Shown: positions 12,917 through 25,481 of the stretch, piece after piece
Position numbering within the stretch: position 1 is the first letter of the stretch
Layout: the number at the start of each line of letters is the position of its first letter
Assembly (NCBI GenBank): GCA_043228905.1
Contig: JBHGNT010000003.1
Span: forward strand, 23,064,001 to 23,128,000
Source of the DNA: Azolla caroliniana
Taxonomy: Eukaryota > Plantae > Polypodiophyta
Direction of reading: 5' to 3'
Length of the DNA stretch: 64,000 nt
Translations under genes and position numbers: made by a program
Notes under the pieces: model-generated
Database searches by the model: none
What the model saw: only the letters and a program-made list of their open reading frames with translations
Told to the model about the DNA's origin: nothing

Positions 12917-14519
12917 GATCAAGAATTCATATCCATTGCCCCCGGCTGACGATCTAATTGACCGTCTCCAAGGAGCTCGGTATTTTATGAAACATTATCT
13001 CCGTACGGGCTACCATCAAATTCATATAAGTGAGGAAGATGTTCCTAAAATGGCCATTATGAGTTTTTGGTTATGCCTTTTGGTTTGACCAATGCTCCGG
13101 CCACATTTCGACAACAAATGAATAACATTTTCCGAGAACAACATGGAAAATTTGTCGTTTTTTTCTTGGATGATATTCTAGTTTATAGTCGTACGCTAGA
13201 AGAACATGTTAAACATGTCCACTTTATTTTACAAACATTTTGTGACAAGCAATTCTACACGAAGATCTCAAAATGTGAGTTCTTTAAGAAATCAATTACT
13301 TACCTTGGACATCTCATAACTGAATGAGGAGTTGAAATTGATCATTCTCGCATCGAGAAAGTAAAACTTTGGCCCACTCTTTGGAATATTCGAGAAGTTC
13401 GATCATTCCTTGGTTTTGTCGGGTTTTTGCGAAAATCTCTTCATAATTACTCCCAATTGATGACACCGTTTACTGATCTTCTCAAAGGTCAGTAGAATGC
13501 TACACTAGACCTCTCCTTTAAGGAACTCAAGGACCTAGTGTGCAAGGCTCCTTCGCTTCTTTTACTAGATCCTTCAAAACCTTTTCAGGTTAAAATTCAT
13601 GTAAGCGTTTATACTATAGGTGTCGTCCTATATCAAGATGGTAAACCAATAACATTTGAGAGTAAGAAACTTGATTCGGCTCAGTGTTGGTATACCGCGC
13701 AAGAAAAGGAATTGTTTGCAGTTATTAATGCACTCAAGACATGGCGCCATTATCTTTATGGAAACTTTTTTGTGGTAACTACGGACCATGAGTTCTTGAA
13801 ATATTTTTGTGACCAACAAGGCCTTAAAGGTCGTAAAACATGATGGTCACATCTCATCTTAAAGGTTCCATGAACACTATCGTTGATGCACAAAGTCACA
13901 TCCGTGAAGTTAACATGCTTAACTTCACTGAAATAACATCAGATCTTTATGATCACCTCCGAGGAAAGTATCCTGATGACAGTTATGTTGCAAAATACTT
14001 GGCAAGAGTTGAGTCTGAAACAGACACCACCACATCCTTGAAGGATATCTTCCACATTGCTAACGGTCTGCTCTGCCGTAATGGGAAGGTTTGTGTTCCA
14101 AATTTGCCTGAGGTCAGAAAGAGAATTCTTTTTTAATGCCATGATACACCCTCAACAGGGCACCCTGGAATACATCGTACACTCGTTCTCATTTCCACTC
14201 AATTCTATTGGCCTAAGATGCGGCCTGACATACATAACTATGTGACTAAGTGTCACCAGTGTCAGGTTAACAAAGCTGAGCGACTTAAAGTCGCACGACT
14301 TTTACATCCCTTGGACATTCCCAATAATAAGTGGGAAAGTATATCATTGAATTTTATTGTTAGGCTTCCTCGCACCCAAAAAGGCCACGATGCCATCTGG
14401 GTTGTGGTTGATCGACTAACTAAAATGGCCAGATTTATTGCTACTAAAACGGCGGTAACAGCTCCTGAATGGGCTTACCAATTCGTTGACGAGTTATTTC
14501 TTGATGAGTTGTGAAGTTA

Positions 14520-15762
14520 ATATACATCTTGATGAGTTGATGGCTTGATCCTATTCAAATAGAATTTATAGTAAACTTACCCCACGTCTCTAAGGTTTTC
14601 ATTTAAATGACTTTAGGTTTATCACTCCATATCAATATTTCCTAGGTTGAAAGATCATTGTTCTATTTATTATCATGTAAATCATTCGAGGAAGAGTGAT
14701 GTCAGATGATTACCTAGAATGTGGTATTGCCGCAATTGATGCATATGTGGGCTCTAATGTTGATCGCACCATACGTTGTTGCCGCTCGGAACACGTTTTG
14801 AATAGTCTATTGTCACATCTTACTGCTCTACTAATTGCCTCCGTAAGTGATTTGGGATCCTTCGGAAAAGTTAGAAGCAAATCCTTTACATCATTGTGAA
14901 GGCCATTTTAGAAAGCCCTGAAATTACGAGTGCTTGATGCCTGAGTTGGATAATGTGTCGGGTGCATTTGAATTACGAATCGTACCTGATTCAGAAAGCC
15001 CTGAAATTACGAGCGCGTTCGATCAAACCTTGCTGGAAGACATATCTTAGGTTCCTTAAAAATGCCTTGGTTTTCGATTGCTTGTTGTTGTCAAGACTCT
15101 AGTGCCATCTCTAATTTTTGAACTTGTTCCTCATATTGTCGTACTCGTTGTTTCAATCCTTCATCTTGTTGTCGCTTCTCCATTATGAGTTGTTGTAGAT
15201 CTCCAAGTAGACGTTGATTATCTTGTTCAAGCATCACGAATTTGCCTTTCAAGCATTCAAGCTCTGATAGGACAAATTGATGTTCCTCAAGGCTAATGGA
15301 AGCCAATAGAGTGCTAGGAGATTTTGGGTAGAGGTGAATTCCAGTTCAAACTACCAGTGCGCGGACAAGAGAAAAGGATAGAGGTGCTTAGAAGAAGCGG
15401 AATGGAGATATTTATTATTACACTAGGGTAGAGAATTAAGAGGATGAATGATAATGTAGGCTAGAGGGCTCGAGACTGGTGTTGAATTGGAATGGCTTGA
15501 AAATAGTGAGGGGCTGCAATTTATAGGAGTGGGTGATGCCACATGTAGGAGCAATCAATGGCATGTGTCATCCCTGCAACTGCAATCAATGGCACATGTC
15601 ATCCCTGTTTTGGAATATTCCAAAATGTTCTATAATGCTATATATATACATCTCTTAATAATGACATGAATTATTATCACATAATCTAAATGACCCAACG
15701 GGTAAGGTGTTATAAGATGTGTGCTACAGTTGAGGGTTCGAGCTTTGCTATTATTCATGATA
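14520..15762 (-). mobile_element. Truncated Tcn1-like chromovirus (5' LTR ~15352-15762 plus deleted gag)
   Basis: MASISLEEHQFVLSELECLKGKF and GLHNDVKDLLLTFPKDPKSLTEAISRAVRC are homologous to gag of the element at 24966. Confidence 0.8.
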
Positions 15763-15800
15763 GGTTTCAATGCAATTTTAGGAAGTCGATGTGAGAGAAT

Positions 15801-16032
15801 TTTTTGAACCTTAAGTATGTATTCAACAACCCATTCCATGGTCATGATCTCAATGGGAAGTGATCTCGTCTCAAGGAGGAGGGTGTATGGGGAGAGAGAG
15901 TGAGGGACTTTTTTGAACCTTAAGCATGTATTCCACAACCCACTCCATGGCCATGATCTCAGTGAGAAGTGATTCATCTCAAGGAGGAGAAGGGTGTATG
16001 GAGAGAGAGAGGGGGGGGGGGGGGGGGGGGGG
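15801..16032 (+). repeat. Two ~109-bp tandem units followed by a poly-G run
   Basis: tttttgaaccttaag...ggtgtatgg is repeated, and the G run is at 16011-16032. Confidence 0.8.
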
Positions 16033-16649
16033 TGAGGTGAGAGAGTTATGGTGCAACTAGATTTGGAGAAAGTGTATGATCATGTTAATTAGTTCTTTGT
16101 TTCTGGGTTAATGCATACAATGGGCTTTGGACCATATATGTCTTGCCACAGACAAGATGTGATGTCTTGAGTTATGCAATATATCTACTATTTGAAAATT
16201 AAATACAAAAACCCTTAGCCTTGCAAAGAACAACCCATAGCACCATTTCAGTAGCATGAAAATATAACTAACAGACTTTTCATTGGAGCATACACTTCTT
16301 GATGTAGAAACCTTTAGAGATGAATGTCACTAATCAATGTCACAATCGCTTGTGTAAACTATTGGGACAATGAGACAGAAATTCATGTAAGGATTGGGTT
16401 TGCTCGAATATGTGTGGAAAACATAATCAAATGTGATAAAGCGCAGTAACAATGTATTAAAGTAACGCATAGTCCAATGTGATAAAAGGCAAGAGAAATG
16501 TATTATTAAGTATAATTCTCAGATTCCATGACTTGTTAAAAGAAAGAAAGACTCCATGACTTGTTAAAAGAAAGTTATATTAATGTCCCGTAGGACCAGA
16601 ATTGGCACATGAGACAAATGATAGAAAAGTTATATTAACGTCCCGTAAG

Positions 16650-17288
16650 ACTTCAAGTGCGTAGCCTCGGTTTAACTTTGTTGCTACACCCTCGCTGGGC
16701 ATGGTGTAAGTGGCGCCCAAACCGTCATTGTCCTCATCATGCTGCAATTCTAGCAGGCTGGTTCGATAGATGTACCGTGCACCTAGAAACAGGACGATAA
16801 TGGTGACAAATCAGAAGTCAATCGCCTTCATCATGATTGCAAAACCACCCACGAGGACGACGGTGGCCCAAATAAACATAAGGGAACCAAACAGGATTCC
16901 CATCTTTTCAGGGATAACCAGGCCCAACACAATCCGGTAGACTAATTCCTCAGGGTACGGTTGAGCAACTCCACGATTAGATTGCATCGGCAGGATTCGA
17001 CGACATGCTAGGATTAGATTGCATCAACGGATTTGATGGCACTGCGGGAACCTCGAGAGAGTAAGGAACGGCCTGTTGAGATGATTGGGGTGCACCAGGG
17101 GTAGTAGTGGTGCTGGTAGTGGTAGTGGTAGTGGAAGTAGGTTGGGAATATCTGGTGCCATTAGTGGGAGATGCTCGTGATGTTAGAGAGCCATCCATGT
17201 TGATGCTATGATAATTGGAGGAGGTTATTGCTTCACTTCGAAGATGATTCTCACTAGTTAGCCCATTCTGTGCGGCCATTGTTAGCAT
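16650..17288 (-). pseudogene. BLE2-like TM/ARM-repeat gene, copy 2 (5' fragment)
   Basis: Reads MLTMAAQNGLTSENH..., then after a frameshift PEELVYRIVLGLVIPEKMGILFGSLMFIWATVVLVGGFAIMMKAIDF*FVTII...LELQH. This is homologous to copy 3, with a premature stop and 3' truncation. Confidence 0.85.
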
Positions 17289-18923
17289 GTGAATATGTTA
17301 GCATATGAATATATATGTATGTATGCATGCATGCATAGCTCTTAGTTGAAACCATTAGTGCCAAGTTCGATTTGACTGTTTTGTCTGTAGGTAGCAAAAG
17401 CTCTCCTAACGACAACTACCCACCAAAAGAAGAGGCAAGAGCTATTTTGAATGCCTTGTCGGCATTGACTTTAAAGAGTTCCGTACATTGACCTAGTCTA
17501 TTTAGGCTCCCACCTAAGCCCAATCATCATCAATACTATATTTATCAGGTTTCTCTGTTGAAAAAAATGGTGATTAAACACGACCCTGTTAATAATATAG
17601 ATGCTTATCATCGTCCCTGGTAGAGGTTGCATTCGAGAACTGTATAAATTCTTTATGGGTTTGAGTTTCAAACTTAGACCTTTGGCTTTGAGAGATTAGC
17701 TGAATACCTAAGATTACAAATCCTCTTCGTTGTCAATCACTTGGAGATTGTTATGTCTGAGTTCTGATGTTAAATTAGATGTTGACGAAGCTGCTCCTAG
17801 CTGGGACACAGTGCTTTTGATCTGGCAATAAAGAAGCAATCGAGTGTTGGGTTATCGTCAACGAAAGTGAAAGTACAATGAATCTAGTTCTTTTGGAGGA
17901 CAATTCACAGTGCCAATGAAGGGGAAATCCAACCCATTTTCAAACATGGTTGTTACCCTATTGCAAAAGAGTATGTGTGGGAGGAACAAGTATGTAAACA
18001 TGACCCAATGGTAATCTGAAAACAAATAAACCCAACTAAGAATCATGAAAATTATATATTATTGTAAAATCATGGACTCATTATTATTATACAGGAATGA
18101 TACGACCAGAACCACTACACTATGTGATCATACACAACGGGCTAGCATTTGGACTCTCACCAAAATTTCACTAGAATACATAATCTATTGACTTTAATGC
18201 CAATCCATTGATTGCATTAACTACAGGACAACTATTAAATCCTCACCAATAAATTGATGATATTCTTTTGTTTTCCTTTGATCAACAATCGCTTTTTGCA
18301 ATGCATGCCCTAAATTTTCCTATAAACAAAAAGGTCTTAGCTTGGAATAAGTGTGTACATACAAATTCAACTTATAGTCGAAGAATTTAGATTTCATCAT
18401 GTATCTATATATATTACTCCTTCCTTAATCAATCAAATGATTGATATCATGAGATCCACTACACTATCTAATCACACACACAATGCTAGCATTGAAGCAT
18501 GATTATTTGGACTCTCACCAAAATTTCAGAACAATACAAAAGCTATTGCCTTAAACGACCAATCCATCCATTGCATTAACTATAGGACCACTATGTCCTC
18601 ACCAATAAATTGACGACATTCTTTTGTTTTCCTGCGATCAACAAGCCCTTTTTGCAATGTATGCCCTAAATTTTCCTATAAATGAAAAGGTCTTAGCTAT
18701 TAATGATCATCAATTTTGACAATGACATGAGATCTTAGATTACATTTTGAGGTTACATACACACTAATCCTCCCAATGTTCACATTTGTCACCTACTACT
18801 CGGTAAATTAACCAAAATTGTTAAGAATTATGTAAGTAATTAAGCAAGGGTTAATTAGTACCTAATTACGTGATTAGTTGATAAGCCGAAGATTAAGTGA
18901 TATGTGTGTGTATGTGTGTGAGA

Positions 18924-18967
<44 letters not shown>

Positions 18968-21900
18968 GTTAACACTTATGAACAACACAAGATAGGAGAT
19001 GATTAACTCTATATTAAATTAGCATTATCATCATCAAAAACGAAAACACCCACAATGAGGTATATATAGATCTCATGTGAAAGGGTGCACATGTGTGAGG
19101 AGAATGTAGGTACAAAGGTGTAAGTCCGATATTAAATGTACTTGGGAGTGGAGGATCTAGAATATCCTACTTAAGTACAAGGTCCTATTTAAGGCGTTGT
19201 AGTCAACACTTCTAACTAGATTCTATCTAGGTAACTACGAAGTTACATGGTTGACTAACTAACTAAACTAAGTTGAGCTCGATCTCTCAACACGCCCCCT
19301 CAAGCTTAAGTGTGAGGTGTCCGACATCTGGTTCTGCTTTCGGCGTTGTCCGGCTTTGGATGTCAGCTTATGTGCGACTTCTGTCTGGCCTTCGGTTTTC
19401 TTCACCGTGACAATCTTGGTTCCTCCCCGTCAAGCTGATGACGAAGGCTTGTAGTGTGTGGGTGAAGATCGACTACTTCCACCCATTCTGGGTTACGAGC
19501 CACTTCGGTGGAACTCTTGGGCTCTTGTTCGGCCGCTACCTTCATCACGAAGGCATAGTGATGGGCCATGTACTCGTTGTAGCCGAGCCGAGTGACGGGA
19601 TTCTTCTCTCTAGAAGAACGTCGAAGTTTTTCGCTTGCCGATGTGAGCTTCTTCTTTGCTTTGGGTGTCCGCATGATAAGTACACCGAACTCACTGTCTA
19701 GTGAGGGAACCGACACATCCGAATCGCTGTCGTCAAGGTGATTGACTTCGTATTTGGGCATCTTACCTTTGCCTTTATCCAAGTTCGTACTTGGCCACGA
19801 CGTGCTTGGGCCACATGAGGGCTCTTGTGGCCCACTAGGCCTTGCCGTAATCGGACTTTCTTCGAACATGTGCTCGAAGTGATCTCCATCTTCCACCTCT
19901 TCTTCGGTGGATTCCGGGTTAAGCGGAGTCGGAGTCGAAGTTGTCCTGGTGTGTACCAGAATACAGACTCGTCGAACAACTCGGGTAAAAGGGTTGTAGC
20001 ACTAGTATGCCTTCTACTCTGACGAGTATCCTATGAGGATACATTCCTCCGACTTCGTGTCGGGGTTCTGTTGTTGGTCGTTCGGGATGCGTACATTCGC
20101 AATGCTTCCGAACACCTTGAGGTGCAACAGGATCAACATCCTTCCGAAGAGGAGCTCGTAGGGAGTTAGTTCATGGACTCCATTGGTGGTGCACCGGTTC
20201 ATGAGATAGACGGCCATGGATGCTCTGGCGGCCCAATAGAAGTTCAACATGTGCTTCTCATGCATCATGGCGCGTGCTACCTCAAGTATTTGCCTATTCT
20301 TCCTTTCGACTACTCCATTTTGTTGGGATGTGTGTCGGCACAAGAAGTCTCTCCGAATGCCTTCACTTTGGAGGTAGGAGGTGAATTCATCGGAGAAGTA
20401 CTCGTTGCCTCCATCCGATCGTAGGCATCAAATGTGCCGACCGGTTTCTTTTTCGACTTGGCCCTTGAGCTTTTTGAAGTGGGAGAACACTCCACTCTTC
20501 TTCTTCATCGGGAAGATCCATGTGTAGCATGAGTAGTCGTCAATAAAGCTGCGTAGAATTGGCATCCGCCAATCATCAACGTTTGAGCGGTCCCCATACA
20601 TCTGAGTATATGATGTCGAGGAGGCCTTTGCTCGCGTGGCTCATCTTTGGGAATGGGAGTCGATGTTGTTTGCCGAGTACACATGCTTCGCATAGCCGTT
20701 TCGACTCGAATGTTAGAAGTCCGATGACAACTCCCTTTGATTGCATAGCTTGGAGCCGTTGGAGGTTTATGTGGCCGATTCTCTTGTGCCACAACTCTGT
20801 GCTTGTCTCAGTTTTGAGACCTTTAGCATACATTGCCGATTTCACCTTGTTCGAATCGAGGATGAACATTCGACCATCTCTCCGCCCCTTAGCGGACTTA
20901 CATGCCTTGCTCCACAATTTGGCCGACGGAGACCAAATTCTTTGTTACTGTGGCCACATGCAAAGACATTCTTGATGCAAGTTTTCTTGCCTTCTTTCCC
21001 GAATGGGACATTGCCGATGTGCTGAATGGGATGTGTGGTGTTGTCACCCGTCTCTATGACACCGGCTCGATCGGGTGTGTGCAAATCACTGAACCACTCT
21101 TTGTGGGATGTCATGTGATGTGAGGCGCCGGAATCGACGAACCACACGTCTTCCAAGTTTGAGGTGCTTGTGGAGTCAAAGGCCATCAAAGAGTTTGCTC
21201 TATGTCTCATTACGAATAGACCACTGTAGTTCTCGTATTCAGAGTTGTCGACGTAGCTTGTCGAAACCGACTCACTTCTCTTTTTCCGACACTCCTCTTC
21301 CTGGTGGCCGATTTTGCCGCAATAATTGCAAGTTACGGGCCTTGTTCGGCATGGAAGCTCCCCCTTCTTCCGAATGTTCCTCGATGGCTTCCGTGAAGGT
21401 TTGAGTTCCCATCGTGTGATGGGCCGAATTGGGCTCTTCTACCACCTTGACCTTGTCCTCGGCCACCATCCAAATTCGAGAAGAACATTTGTCCTTCTGA
21501 TGTCTTGGTTTTGGTTTGGACGTGCTTCTCTTCAACCATTAGCATTGATTCATGGTCAAAGAACGAAGGAGGATTTTCCCTCGCCAAGATTGCCGTCCTC
21601 AACGAGTCGAGTTGTTGTGCGAGGCCAGCCAAGCATACTTGAACCATCTCATCTTCGTCGACGTTTGTTTTGATGGAGCCAAGAGAGTCGCAAATGCTCT
21701 TGATCTTGGCAGTGTAGTCCGACACAAACATTTCTTTTTGCCGAATGCTGTTCAACTCTTGTCGGAGTTGAAGCTTTCGGGCGGTCATGTTGGTGGCGAA
21801 CATTTTCTTTAAGTTCTCCCATGCCTCTTTGGGCGTCTTGGCATCTCGAATGTGGCTAAGCATGTGGTCGTGGACACATGTTGCCAAGCAATACATGTCT

Positions 21901-22030
21901 TGACTTGCCGCTTGCTCCCATGTTGAGTAGTCGGCGTTCTTTGAGTCGGGTCGATTTTCTTGAGCGCTTTCATGGAAAACAATTGGAATATGCATATGCT
22001 TTCATGTTTGACAGTAGAAGACATGAGGTG
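18968..22030 (-). mobile_element. Ty1/Copia element lacking RT-RNaseH (3' LTR ~18968-19292, PPT 19293-19304)
   Basis: gag (AKTPKEAWENLKK), PR (WFVDSGASHHM), GAG-pre-INT (LWHKRIGH..CEAC) and INT (QQNGVVERKNR). The linker runs directly into the PPT. Sits next to a (GA)n tract. Confidence 0.85.
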
Positions 22031-22686
22031 CAAGCCTATATGAAGAAGTTGAAAGGTAGTGTGATGTGGAATATCTGGTTGTTAGAGCATGTGGGGATCA
22101 TTTCCTCAAGTGTATATTCTGGTTTTCTATTAGGACATCCCTCTCCCTACATAGGATAGATAGGTAGTGGAGACTATGAAGTGTGTTTTTTTTCCAAAAA
22201 CCAGACTAAGAAGTCTTGTAATGTTATATACAATTAATACGATTGTGTGCCCTAAAAAGCAAGAGAGAGAGAGAGAGAGAGAGATATTCTATCATTGCTT
22301 TGTTGAGTCTCTTGGATGGTTATCATCTAAGGTTGAAGAAGAATGGAGAATACACAAATCCGATCATGGGTGGTGGCAGATCCTACATCGTAGTAACTTG
22401 GCATTCTAAATTGGAGGATTGCCTTTGGGATTAGCTCTAAAGCTTCGTGGACTAGCAGCGAGTAATTGCTTCTTTTGCACTATTCAAATGGAAGATAATA
22501 CTCATCGATTTATACAACGTCCGATTGCTTGTCAGATTTGGAGTTACATTTCTCAAATTTGGCAAGTCTTATCACAATGTTATTTGACACCTAGACAGTT
22601 GGTGTTTGAACAATTTACAAAGGTTGACGAAAAATCAGAGATGGAGATCGTTTTTCTATTTCTGAGATATTGGGGATTGCGCATAA
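22031..22686 (+). mobile_element. Old L1-type LINE 3' remnant
   Basis: zf-RVT-like CFFCTIQMEDNTHRFIQRPIACQIW; degenerate. Confidence 0.5.
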
Positions 22687-24905
22687 TGTTAGGATTTTGG
22701 TTCCTCCGAATGGGATACAAGTACCCGACAGCGGAAGACCCGGTGAGAACCGGATGAGGAGTACCTGGCAATGGAAGACCCGGTGAGAACCGGATGATGC
22801 AGGCCCGGTGAGAACCTCTCATCGGTTGAAGGGATATATATGTAAATATGTTCTAGAGTGCCCACTAGGGCTATATTTGTAAATAGCCCAAAAGTTATAT
22901 TAGTATAAATATGACTTAGGGCAAACAATATCGATACTCTTGGTGTTGTTATGTTGTAATTACTGTACAGAGCATAATAGAGAGAGAGGGAGAGAGGGAG
23001 AGATACAAAGTGTGTCTCTATTGTAACCGCCGCCAGGCGAAGATTAAGAGCACGAGGTTGCCGCCTCTGTGCTCTTTTCTGTTTTATTCTTCATACATAG
23101 TGATAGTTCGGGGTTTGTGGGCTCCCGTGGTTTTTCCCGTTTAGGGTTTTCCACGTTAACATACTGTGTACCCTCTCTCATATTGTCTGGGTATATGTGC
23201 ATTTACCCTCATTGCCCATTTCTTCTGTGGTTGTGATTTTAATGAAGTGATTGAAGTCTCTATTCTGGCCGAGCATTATTCCGCGTATACATTTCAAATT
23301 GGTATCAGAGCGAAATGGCACAGAAAAATGGACAATTCGTTAGGAGGCATGTTCAAGCTCACCGGCTCCAACTACTCAGTGTGGAAGTCGAAGATGAGGG
23401 ACATGCTCATGGTTAAAGATCTTTGGTTGCCGGTTCAGTTCGGGGACAAGAGACCAGACAAGATCGATGCCACGATATGGGAGGTGATGCACATGAAGAC
23501 AATGGCGTACAGACGGTGCTTCATCGACATGAGCCTGTACAACAACTTGAATGAAGAGAGCAAGGCTCATGAGCTCTGGGAGAAGATCAACATTATGTTT
23601 CAGAACAAAAATGTTGTGAATCGGGTTTCGGTATTCCGGAAGCTAGTGCGGTTTCGGGACTAAGATGGCTCCAGTATGGTAGAGCACATGAATGCCTTCC
23701 AGGGGCTGATTCACCAGCCAACATCGTTGGAAGTACCTCTCGCCAATGAGGTACTAGCATTACTCCTGCTCGGTTCCCTCCCGGATAGCTGGGAGACGTT
23801 AGTTGTCACTTTGGGCAACGCCGGGCCGGAAGGGAAACAATTATCCCTAGCAAGAGTCAAGTCGAGCTTGCTAGATGAGGAGGCGCGTCGGAAAGACAAG
23901 GATACGAGCTCCGAATCCAAAGCGCTCCTTACAGAATTGGAACGCGGAAACAAAGGAACCGTAGTCCCTAGAACTGGGAAAAGTCGGGGCCAGGGTCAAA
24001 GTCAAGGGGAAGGCCCACTTGCTTCTATTGTGGGAAGCCAGGGCACTTCCAGAAGAACTGTCTGCATTTCCGGAAAGAGAAGGAAACCGACAGTACCGAT
24101 TTGAAGCGGTCACAGGACCGGAACGGTAAAGACCGAAGGGGACTGGACCGAAAGGGAACGATGGCAATCGCGGCAAGTGAAGGAGAGTTGATGCTCATCA
24201 CCGAAGAGAGTGAGTGGAACCTTGCCGGCGACGAGACAACGTGGGTTGTCGACTCTGGAGTGTCGTTCCACCTTACCCCGGACCGGAAATGCTTCTCATC
24301 CTACACAGCCGGCGAGCATGACTGTGTCCGGATGGGGAATGAAGGTACATGCCGATTGTCGGCATAGGAGACGTCTGGTTCACAACACCAACCGGATGCA
24401 AGTTGTTGCTGAAGGATGTCCGACACGTTCCGGAGGTTCGATTGAACCTGATATTAGCCAGTCGGGTGGATGACGAATGCTACATGGGTAGCATCCGAAA
24501 CGGAGTCATGAAATTCAGCAAAGGGAGCCTAATAGTGGCTCGGGCCTGGAAAGTCAACACGTTGTACCTGATGAATGCCCGGTTATGCCCGAAAGAAGTG
24601 AACGTTGCATCCGACACTACCGATGAGTTGTGGCACAAGAAACTTTGTCACATGAGCGAGAAGGGGATGAGGAGGCTTGTCGATGACAACCTCATTCCGG
24701 TGAAGAACGTGCATCTTGAGAGGTGCACCGACTGCCTGGCCGGTAAGCAAAACCGGACCTCCTTCCGATCAAGGCCACCAATGAGACGTAATGCACCACT
24801 GGAGTTGGTGCATACTGATGTGTGTCAAGTGGATATGAAGTCACATGCCGGAGCGTAGTACTTCATGACGTTCATAGACGACCATAGCCGGAAGCTGTGG
24901 GCCAC
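22687..24905 (+). mobile_element. 5' half of a Ty1/Copia element (LTR 22687-23296, PBS-Met 23300-23311, gag-PR-INT start)
   Basis: MFKLTGSNYSVWKSKMRD, LLLGSLPDSWETLV, zinc knuckle, WVVDSGVSFHL, LWHKKLCH, LELVHTDVC. The LTR has internal gacccggtgagaacc repeats. Confidence 0.9.
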
Positions 24906-25481
24906 AATTTTCTTTATTGGAGCAAGTGGAAATTCTTTCGTCGGTGGGGTGTTTGTCTTGCCTATTGTCATGATATGGCAAGAATCGAACCCATGACCTT
25001 ATGCTACATGGGTCGAGCTCTTACCATTAGACTATGAATTATAATTTGTAGGATATTATTTTCATTTATGTTTTATCATAGAAAATTGATGCATATTCCA
25101 GATCTCTTTGGAACATTCTAGAAGCTTTAGGATTATTCCTAAAAACACTATAAAAGGAGGCACAAGGCATTATTTTGAACCAAATTGGTTCAATGCCAGT
25201 CTTAAGCCTCTTAGCCGCTTGTACTTATCTTTTCACATATTATATTAGCTGTTGTCATCATCTTTCTCTCTCTCTCATCCTCGCTATCTCTCTCTCTCCT
25301 CTTCTCACTTCCTCTGTCGGGAATCTTACGCAGTCCCGTCCTCTTAGTACTAATAGTACTACTCTTCTTAGTACTAATTCCATCTCTGCTTTAGTACTAT
25401 TCCTAACAGTTTGAACCAATTTTCTCTTTCCTCCAGCCTACTTGTCGTTCTCCCTCATCTTCCTACCCTTTTCCCTATACT

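Larger units (their letters stand above)
8053..14514 (+). mobile_element. Degenerate Ty3/Gypsy element (5' LTR 8053-8415, PBS-Met 8418-8429, gag, PR, RT, RH, INT; 3' truncated)
   Basis: PBS tggtatctgagc. PR LFDS*SSHNFV (~11210), [15 protein letters not shown] / [12 protein letters not shown] / FLDDILVYS, RH QEKELFAVINALKTWRHYL, INT WVVVDRLTKMARF. Confidence 0.85.

Noticed and set aside
25175-25414. Hydrophobic 79-aa ORF (also 30275-30550)
   Set aside because: It is a translation of the CT-rich LTR U5 with a non-ATG start.
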